Source: Candidatus Dormiibacterota bacterium (GTDB lineage: Bacteria > Chloroflexota > Dormibacteria > CF-121). From it: a stretch of DNA of 64,000 bases. The position numbers were made by a program, and so were the translations under genes. The stretch lies in contig DASWBA010000186.1 of the NCBI GenBank assembly GCA_036390825.1, positions 5,597 to 69,596 on the forward strand. The letters are read 5' to 3'. Below are positions 9,163 to 16,770 of this stretch, piece after piece. The notes beneath the pieces are model-generated. The model searched no databases. It was not told the origin of the DNA and saw only the letters and a list, made by a program, of their open reading frames with translations. Within the stretch, counting starts at the first letter, position 1, and each line of letters begins with the position of its first letter.

Positions 9163-9951
9163 CTACTCGCGCGACGTCACCTCATTATAGGTATCGGCCC
9201 TCCGCGGCCCGGCCGCGAGACGGTCGAGGATGCTGGGTAATTCGCCGAGCCGCGCGATGACAAAATCCGCCGCACCAGGGTCGTCTTCCTGCCTCCATTC
9301 CCGGGTCAGGACCGCCCGCATGCCCAGCGACTTCGGCCCCTGGACGTCCTCCCGCACACGATCCCCTACGAAGAGCGCCCTCGGGGGCTCGACGCCGACC
9401 TTCCTGAGGGCGTCCTGGTATATGGCAGGGTGCGGTTTGCGCACGCCGACCTCGGAGGAGAATGCGACGCCGCTGAAATACCGGGCCAGGCCGAGCGCGG
9501 TCAGCTGGGCGTGCATCAGGCGGGGCAGGTAGGCCGCGTTGGAAACAATCCCGAGGCGGAGGCCCCGTCGCCGGAGCTCCTCCAGGGTAGAAACCACGTC
9601 GGGGCCGAGGTGCACGCTGTTCAGCCAGCCCTCCTGTTCGAGTTCCATGACCTTCTCGATCAGCGCCGGTTCCAGCTCCAGCCCGATGTCACGCAGCGCG
9701 GCGTCGTAGATGGCGGCGATCTCGACCTCCTCCTCCCGTCCCGCGGCATAGTCGCGCTGAATCTCGTCGTCGACTCGCTGCGAGACCCTCTCGATCATGA
9801 CCTGCGCGGCCGGCACCTCTCGCTCCAGGGTGTCCGCCAGCAACCGGTTGACGTTTTCGTAGGCGCCGAGCAGCGCGGAGTGCGGCCGCTCGTCGAAATG
9901 GATCAGCGTGTGTCCGTAGTCCAGCAGGACGGCCTCGATCGGCGCGCTCAT
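9163..9951 (-). CDS. HAD-superfamily hydrolase
   Basis: LLDYGHTL (motif I variant), IVSNA (motif II), GVRKPHPAIY and FVGDRVREDVQG (motifs III/IV). Confidence 0.8.
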   Translation of the reverse strand: MSAPIEAVLLDYGHTLIHFDERPHSALLGAYENVNRLLADTLEREVPAAQVMIERVSQRVDDEIQRDYAAGREEEVEIAAIYDAALRDIGLELEPALIEKVMELEQEGWLNSVHLGPDVVSTLEELRRRGLRLGIVSNAAYLPRLMHAQLTALGLARYFSGVAFSSEVGVRKPHPAIYQDALRKVGVEPPRALFVGDRVREDVQGPKSLGMRAVLTREWRQEDDPGAADFVIARLGELPSILDRLAAGPRRADTYNEVTSRE

Positions 9952-10808
9952 CGCAACGACCGCAGCGTGTTCAGGTTCTCGAGGCCCTCGAGCATCTCCT
10001 CACCCGGCGTCTCCAGGACGAAGGCGCAGTGGGCCAGGGGATCGAAGTGGAGCAACGCCTTGAAGCCCTCGAGGCCCACGTTGCCCTGGCCGATGTTGAC
10101 ATGCCGGTCAGCCTTCCCGCCCAGGGTCACGGTTGTGTCGTTGCAGTGGCAGGCTCGAATCCGTTCCGCGGGAATGATCGACGTAAGCTGCTCCAGCATC
10201 CTGGTCATGCCCTCCGCGCCGGCCACGTCGTAGCCGGACGCGTAGGCGTGGGCGGTATCGAAGCAGACGCCCAACCGCTGCGCGTGTTGCGGCAGCCGGG
10301 AGAGGATCTGCGCCAGGTCATCGAACTTCGCACCGACGTAGGCGCCGCCCCCTGCTGAGGTCTCCAGCAGGCAGGTGGCCGAGCCCCCGGCTGTCCCCAA
10401 GACCTGGTCGAGCTGACCAACGACGCGGTCGATGCCGGCCTGGGCGCCGTCGCCCATGTGGCTGCCAACGTGGGTCACGACGTACTGCAGGCCGTACGGC
10501 TCGGCGCGTTCCAGCTCCGCCTTCAGCGCCTCGCGTGATTTCTTTTGAAAGTTGGGATTGGGCGAGGCCAGGTTGATCAAGTACATGGCGTGTGACAGTG
10601 CGGGGCGGACGTCCATCTCCGTCAACGCCTCTTTGAACAGCGCCGTGGCCTTGGGATCGACCGGCGCCGAGCGCCAGGCGCTCGGGTTGCCGGTAAAGAT
10701 CTGCACGGCCTGCAGCTGCAGCGCCTTGATCATCTCGACGGCTTTGTCGAGACCGCGGCCGGTGCGCATGTGCATGCCGATTCGCCGTTCCTGGGCCACC
10801 GCACTCAT
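9948..10808 (-). CDS. nfo: deoxyribonuclease IV (endonuclease IV)
   Basis: VTHVGSH, LETSAGGG, CFDTAHAYASGYD, HCNDT, DRHVNIGQG. Confidence 0.9.
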   Translation of the reverse strand: MSAVAQERRIGMHMRTGRGLDKAVEMIKALQLQAVQIFTGNPSAWRSAPVDPKATALFKEALTEMDVRPALSHAMYLINLASPNPNFQKKSREALKAELERAEPYGLQYVVTHVGSHMGDGAQAGIDRVVGQLDQVLGTAGGSATCLLETSAGGGAYVGAKFDDLAQILSRLPQHAQRLGVCFDTAHAYASGYDVAGAEGMTRMLEQLTSIIPAERIRACHCNDTTVTLGGKADRHVNIGQGNVGLEGFKALLHFDPLAHCAFVLETPGEEMLEGLENLNTLRSLR

Positions 10809-10814
10809 TGTCGG

Positions 10815-10880
10815 ATTTCCCTCCCCCGCTCGCGGCTCGATTTCCCTCCCCCGCTTGCGGGGAAGGGTAGGGTGGGGGTC
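10815..10880. repeat. GC-rich palindromic repeat, copy C (double-headed)
   Basis: gatttccctcccccgct occurs twice 25 nt apart, followed by tgcggggaagggtagggtgggggtc. Fills the divergent nfo / MBL-hydrolase spacer. Confidence 0.65.
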
Positions 10881-10896
10881 TCAGTAGACTCAACCC

Positions 10897-11478
10897 GTGT
10901 ACCGTCTCACGAGTTTCTCGGTTGGCCCTTATGACAACAATGTCTACGTGCTGAGCGATCCAAAAAGCAAAGAGGCGCTCCTGATCGACGCCGCCAACGA
11001 CGCGCCGCGCATCATCAAGGAGCTCGAGGGCCTCCGGGTAAGTCACATCCTCACGACCCACGGACACGCCGACCACGTGCAGGCCCTGAAGCCGGTGCGC
11101 GAGCAGACCCACGCACAATTCACCTGTCACGAGGCGGACGAGTCGATGATGCCGATCAAGGCCGACCACCGGGTTCAAGACGGTGAGCGGTTTCGCTTTG
11201 GCGATTACGAACTCGTCGCCATTCACACACCGGGTCATACTCCCGGTAGCGTCTGCTTCCTCGGTGGCGAGCACCTGTTTTCGGGCGACACCCTCTTTCC
11301 GGGCGGGCCGGGAAACACCGCCAATCCCTACGCGAGCTTTCCGACCATCATCGAGAGCATCCGGGGCAGGCTGTTCACCCTCTCGGACGAGACCCAGATT
11401 CTCCCGGGCCATGGCAAGCCCAGCACCATCGGCCGGGAGCGGCCGCACCTGGACGAGTGGATTCGGCGCGGCTGGTAG
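10897..11478 (+). CDS. MBL-fold metallo-hydrolase (glyoxalase II-like)
   Basis: TTHGHADH (HxHxDH), HTPGHTPGS, FSGDTLFPGGPG. Confidence 0.85.
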   Translation: MYRLTSFSVGPYDNNVYVLSDPKSKEALLIDAANDAPRIIKELEGLRVSHILTTHGHADHVQALKPVREQTHAQFTCHEADESMMPIKADHRVQDGERFRFGDYELVAIHTPGHTPGSVCFLGGEHLFSGDTLFPGGPGNTANPYASFPTIIESIRGRLFTLSDETQILPGHGKPSTIGRERPHLDEWIRRGW

Positions 11479-13796
11479 CGGCCCAACCGGCACGCCCGGC
11501 GAGCGACTTTCTACCTCGGGATCCCCGATCGATCGCGCGTGTCCGCAGCCTTCGCGCGCGTGACAATCGGGTCGAGCTGACCGCCGAGGACGATCGCGGC
11601 GCACGAGTCCCAATCGAGATCCGACCGGTGGCGCCCGATATCGTGCGCCTCCATTTCGGCGCCGGGGCGGGCAGACCATCCCGGCTGCTGGTCGACGGTG
11701 CGCCGTCGGCCGCGGATTGGAAGATGGTGCAACACGGTGAGGGATGGTCGATCTCCACCTCGGGGCTGACCCTCGAGGTCGATCGTGCACCGTTCCGATT
11801 ACGTCTCAAGGACGCGACCGGCACGATGCGCTTTGTCGACGAGCCAAACGATCGCGACATCCGCGGCGGCTTCCACCATTTTCCGACCGGTCATGCGCGT
11901 GGGTTGCGCTGGTTGACCGCCGGGCTCAAGCCCGCCGAGGCCCTCTTTGGCCTGGGCGAACACTTCGGATCGCTGAATCGCCGCGGCCAGGCGTTCGCGT
12001 CCTGGACGGTCGATGCGTTCGGCGTCCGAAGTGACCGCGCCTACAAGAACGTGCCGCTGGTCGTCAGCTCTGAAGGCTATGGCGTCTTCTTCGACATGAC
12101 CGCGCCTCTCTACTACGACCTCGGTCAGGCGTCCGTGGCGGCGTGGCAGGCGACCGCCCGCGCCGATCACCTGCGGGCTTACGTGATCGTTGGCGATGGG
12201 ATCGCGGCGATCATGCAGGCCTACCATCGGCTGACCGGCGTACCGGGGGTTCCTCCCGACTGGTCCTTCGGGTTCTGGATCAGCCGATGGGGCTATCGCA
12301 ACCGCGAAGAGGTGATGGCGGTTGCGCGCCGCATGCGCGCCGAAAGAGTCCCGTGCGATGTGATTCACATCGACCCTTACTGGATGCGCTACCACGAAGG
12401 CCATCATGGCGACCTGGAATGGGACGAGTCGGCCTTCCCGGATCCGAAGGGAATGATCGCCGAGCTCAAAGCGCTCGGCTTCAAGTTGTCGCTGTGGGAG
12501 AGCCCCTACGTACCGCTTGACTCCGAGATGTGCGCCGAGGGCGAACGCAAAGGCTTCCTGCTGAAGACGAAGTCGGGTTCACCCTCCCCCGCTGCAGAGG
12601 CAGAATCTCCCTCCCCCTCTGGGGGAGGGCACGGTGGGGGCTTAGCCCTTGTGCATGGCTTCGCCAAACCCAGCGCGGCCGTCGATTTCACGAACCCCGG
12701 TGCGGTCGAATGGTTCAAAGCCAAGAACCGAAAGCTGCTGGAGATGGGCGCGGCGGTAATGAAGACCGACTTCGCCGAGGACATGCCCGACGACGCAGTG
12801 CCGCACGACGGCACGCCCGCCGAGCAGCTGCACAACCTCTATCCGTTGCTCTACCAGCGGGCGGTCTTCGAAGCAACCCAGGACGTCCATGGCTACGGCC
12901 TCATCTGGGGTCGCTCCGGTTATGCCGGGTCGCAGCGCTATCCGGTCCATTGGGGCGGCGATCCAGGCTGCACCTTCGACGACATGGCGGCCAGCCTGCG
13001 CGGCGCCCTGAGTTGGGTCCTGTCGGGCGCGGCCTTCGCCAGCTTCGACATGGGTGGCTTCTTTGGGATCCCGACGATGACCGATCCTCCGAGTCCTGAG
13101 CTCTACGTGCGCTGGTCACAAATGGGTCTGTTTTTCTCGCACGCTCGAGCCCACGGACACACAGCCCCGCGCGAGCCCTGGGCGTACGGGGAGCCCGCAC
13201 TCTCGATCTTCCGCCGCTACGCCCAGCTTCGCTACCGTTTGCTTCCTTACTTATATGCAGCGGCGCGCCGTGCGCCACAAGGCGTGCCGCTAGCGCGGCC
13301 GTTGGTCTACGACCATCCGTCTGATCCGACCACCTGGCACATCGACGACGAATATCTCCTCGGCCCTGATCTTCTTGTTGCCCCGATGTTCGCGCCGCGC
13401 GGCCGGCGCGAGATCTACCTGCCGGCGGGCGGATGGTACGACTTCTGGACCGATCAACGAATCGATGGCAAGCGCTGGATTACGTACGATGCCGAGCTGG
13501 ACACGCTTCCCCTGTTCGTTCGCGCCGGCGCCGTGATCCCGATAGGGCCAGAGCTTCATTATGCGAACGAACGTAGCTGGGACCCGCTCAGCTTCGAGGT
13601 CTATCCCGGCAGTGAGGGCGTGACCGAGATGGAGCTGACCGACGACCATCGCCACCTGCGATTCCAGCTCACCGTCGAACGTGGGCGAGCTCGGCTGGAT
13701 GGTGGACCGCTCGATTATGAAGCCGTCGTTCAGGTGCACCGACCAGATGGTCCGCCAGTCTCCGGAGTTCTCCGCCGACCGGTCGTCCTTTCATAG
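11457..13796 (+). CDS. glycoside hydrolase family 31 (alpha-glucosidase / alpha-xylosidase, YicI-like)
   Basis: WISRWGY, CDVIHIDPYWM, KTDFAE (nucleophile motif), HWGGD. GTG start, exact start uncertain. Carries an in-frame repeat insertion at 12580-12641. Confidence 0.85.
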   Translation: MDSARLVAAQPARPASDFLPRDPRSIARVRSLRARDNRVELTAEDDRGARVPIEIRPVAPDIVRLHFGAGAGRPSRLLVDGAPSAADWKMVQHGEGWSISTSGLTLEVDRAPFRLRLKDATGTMRFVDEPNDRDIRGGFHHFPTGHARGLRWLTAGLKPAEALFGLGEHFGSLNRRGQAFASWTVDAFGVRSDRAYKNVPLVVSSEGYGVFFDMTAPLYYDLGQASVAAWQATARADHLRAYVIVGDGIAAIMQAYHRLTGVPGVPPDWSFGFWISRWGYRNREEVMAVARRMRAERVPCDVIHIDPYWMRYHEGHHGDLEWDESAFPDPKGMIAELKALGFKLSLWESPYVPLDSEMCAEGERKGFLLKTKSGSPSPAAEAESPSPSGGGHGGGLALVHGFAKPSAAVDFTNPGAVEWFKAKNRKLLEMGAAVMKTDFAEDMPDDAVPHDGTPAEQLHNLYPLLYQRAVFEATQDVHGYGLIWGRSGYAGSQRYPVHWGGDPGCTFDDMAASLRGALSWVLSGAAFASFDMGGFFGIPTMTDPPSPELYVRWSQMGLFFSHARAHGHTAPREPWAYGEPALSIFRRYAQLRYRLLPYLYAAARRAPQGVPLARPLVYDHPSDPTTWHIDDEYLLGPDLLVAPMFAPRGRREIYLPAGGWYDFWTDQRIDGKRWITYDAELDTLPLFVRAGAVIPIGPELHYANERSWDPLSFEVYPGSEGVTEMELTDDHRHLRFQLTVERGRARLDGGPLDYEAVVQVHRPDGPPVSGVLRRPVVLS
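12580..12641. repeat. GC-rich palindromic repeat, copy D, inside the GH31 reading frame
   Basis: caccctcccccgctgcagaggcagaatctccctccccctctgggggagggcacggtgggggc has the same double-head architecture as copy C. Translated in frame as SPSPAAEAESPSPSGGGHGGG. Confidence 0.65.
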
Positions 13797-13858
13797 GTTT
13801 TTGCGCATAACATGGCAACGACGAATTGCCGGACGCCGGCTCCGGAAGTCCAGTAGCG

Positions 13859-14395
13859 TCAGCTGCCTTTCACCCGTACGAAGACTTCGGACGCTTGCAC
13901 GATCTTTTCCGTTCGGCTGTTAGGGATATGCATGCGCACGCCGGGATGTTGCGCGGTTCCGAAGTCCCAGCCATCGAGATAGCGCGTGCGGATCTCCGCG
14001 ATGGTCTTGACCGCCGCCGTGCTGGAGCCATTTGTCATCCAGACGGTCGGCGCGCGCCCGGTCGCGTAGCCAAGCCCGATCTCGGTACCGCTATCGCGGA
14101 AGAAACGCAGCCCGGCCAGTGACGCATCCGGGGGGACCAGGTCGTTGGAGCTCTCCGCGACCTGTTGTAGCGTCGGCATCTCACCCTGCGCCACCGTGGT
14201 TCGGACCTGCATGCGGGCCTTCAGGTGCCGCGAGCGCTCGCGTTTCTTCTGCTCGCTGACCACCTGCTGGATCTGGGATCGCAAGCGGCCGAGTGCTTCC
14301 TCCAGGGGCGTCATCTCGGCCATGATTTCGCGAACTCGTCGGGCGAGCTCGTCATCCGATGCCTGGTCGAGGTTCGAGGGCTCTGCCATCGCCAT
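13859..14395 (-). CDS. hypothetical protein (N-terminal coiled coil)
   Basis: Open frame 13859-14422. ATG at 14395 chosen to avoid overlapping the divergent M20 gene. No family recognised. Confidence 0.4.
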   Translation of the reverse strand: MAMAEPSNLDQASDDELARRVREIMAEMTPLEEALGRLRSQIQQVVSEQKKRERSRHLKARMQVRTTVAQGEMPTLQQVAESSNDLVPPDASLAGLRFFRDSGTEIGLGYATGRAPTVWMTNGSSTAAVKTIAEIRTRYLDGWDFGTAQHPGVRMHIPNSRTEKIVQASEVFVRVKGS

Positions 14396-14411
14396 ACAAT
14401 TATTGGCCAGC

Positions 14412-15599
14412 ATGTCAATCACGCAGGCGCCGATCAGTCAACTGAAGGATGAAATCAGCACCCGAATCGACGCGCTTAGGCCGGAGCTGGAACGCATCGG
14501 GCGGGATATTCACGCCAATCCGGAGATCGGCTACGAAGAGCACAAGGCGGTTGCCTGGCTGACCGAACTCCTCAAGAAACAAGGGTTCAGTGTTGAGCTC
14601 GGGGTCGCCAACACGCCAACGGCGTTTGTAGCCAGCCGGCGGAATGGGACCGGCCCGACGATTGCGTTCCTTTCCGAATACGATGCGCTCCGTGGTCTCG
14701 GCCACGGCTGCGGCCACAACCTGATCGCGACCGCTTCCGCCGGTGCCGGGATCGCGCTGGCCGGTGCGCTCGACCGGTTGCCGGGGCGCGTGCTCGTCAT
14801 CGGCACGCCCGCCGAAGAAGGCGGTGGCGGAAAGATCCGCCTGATCCGGGCCGGCATCTTCCAGGAAGTCGACGCGGCGATGATGTTCCATCCCGATACG
14901 CGGACGCAGGTGCTCCACTGGGCGCTGGCGGTGACGCACATGCACTTCGAATTCATCGGCCGGGCCGCTCATGCTTCGGGCGATCCCGAGAAGGGCATCA
15001 ACGCGCTGGATGCCTTCGTGCTCGCCTACAACGGGATCAGTATGCTGCGCCAGCAGATCAAGGAGGGGGCCCGGCTGCACGGCTTCCTAAAAGAGGGCGG
15101 CACCGCGCCCAACATCATCCCTGAGCGGACCAGCGGCGAGTTCCTGGTGCGTGCACGGGATGAGGCCTACATGCTGGAACTGGTCCAGAAGGTCAAGAAT
15201 ATTTTCCAGGCGGCGGCGCTCGCGACCGGGTGCGAAGTGCGGCTGACCTTCGACGAGGAGCCATACGTCGATCTTCGCAACAACACCGTGCTGGCCAAGC
15301 TCTTCGAGGGGAACCTGCACCGCCTCGGGGTCGACCCGGTCGATGGCGTGCCCTGGGAGGGTGCCGGGTCGACGGACATGGGAAACGTCAGCCATGTCGT
15401 CCCCGCGCTTCACCCAACGATTGGCATCGCGCCGGCCGAGGTGCCGGGTCACTCGCAGGCGTTTCTCGAGGCGTCGGGCTCGTTGCGCGGTTACCAGGCA
15501 ATGATCGACGCGGCGAAGGCGCTTGCCATGACGGGTGCCGATCTCCTTGCCGACCCCGGACTGGTCGACCAGGCCAAGGTCGAGTTTCGCCGGGGTTGA
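14412..15599 (+). CDS. M20 family metallopeptidase / amidohydrolase
   Basis: IHANPEIGYEE, EYDALRGLGHGCGHNL, GTPAEEGGGGK. ATG at 14412 (MSITQ) is preferred; the listed 14145 extension is arginine/serine-rich and overlaps the divergent gene. Confidence 0.85.
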   Translation: MSITQAPISQLKDEISTRIDALRPELERIGRDIHANPEIGYEEHKAVAWLTELLKKQGFSVELGVANTPTAFVASRRNGTGPTIAFLSEYDALRGLGHGCGHNLIATASAGAGIALAGALDRLPGRVLVIGTPAEEGGGGKIRLIRAGIFQEVDAAMMFHPDTRTQVLHWALAVTHMHFEFIGRAAHASGDPEKGINALDAFVLAYNGISMLRQQIKEGARLHGFLKEGGTAPNIIPERTSGEFLVRARDEAYMLELVQKVKNIFQAAALATGCEVRLTFDEEPYVDLRNNTVLAKLFEGNLHRLGVDPVDGVPWEGAGSTDMGNVSHVVPALHPTIGIAPAEVPGHSQAFLEASGSLRGYQAMIDAAKALAMTGADLLADPGLVDQAKVEFRRG

Positions 15600-15603
15600 A
15601 GTC

Positions 15604-16770
15604 ATGATCAACGAACGGTATCGCGAGGATCGCGAACACCAGCGCCTCGGCAGCCTGACTGTCTATTGCGGTCCCACGCACTCGGGCAAGACCAAGAAGC
15701 TGGAGGCCGAGGCTGAGCGCGCCCAGCGACAGGGGCGACGCATGCAGCGGCTCGCTGCCCCAGCAGATGCCAATCAGTTGATGGACGGGCTCGACCCGGC
15801 CACCGAGCTGGTCACGGTGGACGACGCGCAGCTCTACGACGACCGCCTGGTGGAGGTGCTGAATGACCTGGCCACCATCCACCGGGTCGATGTCGTGGTC
15901 GCCGGCTGGGAGCTCGATTACACGGGGCGGCCGGCTGGCCCGATGCCCGAGTTGATGTGCGCCGCTGACGTGGCCCTCAAACTCGACGACGGCGTCTGCG
16001 CCCAGCCCGGGTGCCGCAATCTCGCCAGCCGGACCCAGCGCTTCTTTGCGGTCAACGGCACACCCGAACGCTTTCTCCCGGTGTGCCGGCGTCACCACAG
16101 CGCGGAGCCTCGGGCGCAAACCTTCCAGGAAGTCTGGTTCGATGAGCCGTCGGGCAGTTTGGACTTGATCAGCGGCTGCATGTTCAGCGGCAAGACCCAG
16201 GAGTTGATCCGCCGGCTCGACCAGGCACGCTACGCCGGGTCCACCATCCAGGCGTTCAAGCCCGCGCTCGACGACCGCTATGCGATCGCGGCCGTGGCCT
16301 CCCATCGGGAGATCCGCTTCCCGGCGATTGCGGTTCCCGACGTGGCCGCGCTGGCGGCGCAGGTGCGCGGTGACACGCGCGTCATCGGCATCGACGAGGC
16401 GCAATTCTTCGGACACGACATCGTTGCCCTGGCGGAGGAATTGGCGAATCGTGGCCGGCACGTGATCGTGGCCGGCCTCGACCTCGACTTTCTCGCGCGC
16501 CCCTTCGGACCGATGCCGCTGCTGGCCGCCTACGCCGACCGGCTGACCAAGCTACAGGCCTCGTGCCAGTATCCCGGCTGCGGATCCCATCAGGCGAGTC
16601 GCACGCAGCGGCTGCTGGACGGCGTCCCGGCGCCCGCCGATGGGCCGCTGGTCGTGATCGGTGGAGCCGCAACCTACCAGGCGCGCTGCCGGCACCATCA
16701 CCGCTTGGGGGCGCCGCTACGACCGGAGCCGGAGCGGGTCCCGGTCGCGGAGGAGTCAGCCGACCTCTAA
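15604..16770 (+). CDS. tdk: tandem (duplicated) type II thymidine kinase: degenerate N-terminal TK-like half plus canonical C-terminal TK
   Basis: C-terminal half: GCMFSGKT, KPALDDRY, IGIDEAQFF, VAGLDLDF, ASRTQRL, ARCRHHH. N-terminal half: GPTHSGKT, VDDAQLY, VAGWELDY, ASRTQRF, VCRRHH. 388 aa, against about 190-200 aa for a normal TK. Confidence 0.75.
   Translation: MINERYREDREHQRLGSLTVYCGPTHSGKTKKLEAEAERAQRQGRRMQRLAAPADANQLMDGLDPATELVTVDDAQLYDDRLVEVLNDLATIHRVDVVVAGWELDYTGRPAGPMPELMCAADVALKLDDGVCAQPGCRNLASRTQRFFAVNGTPERFLPVCRRHHSAEPRAQTFQEVWFDEPSGSLDLISGCMFSGKTQELIRRLDQARYAGSTIQAFKPALDDRYAIAAVASHREIRFPAIAVPDVAALAAQVRGDTRVIGIDEAQFFGHDIVALAEELANRGRHVIVAGLDLDFLARPFGPMPLLAAYADRLTKLQASCQYPGCGSHQASRTQRLLDGVPAPADGPLVVIGGAATYQARCRHHHRLGAPLRPEPERVPVAEESADL

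Noticed and set aside
10318-11790. 490-aa minus-strand ORF
   Set aside because: Spans nfo, the repeat-filled spacer, the MBL hydrolase and the GH31 start in antisense or out of frame. Extremely Arg/Pro/Gly-rich.
14145-14411. 89-codon N-terminal extension of the M20 peptidase ORF
   Set aside because: Cys/Ser/Arg-rich and antisense to the divergent hypothetical gene. The family-typical N-terminus starts at ATG 14412.
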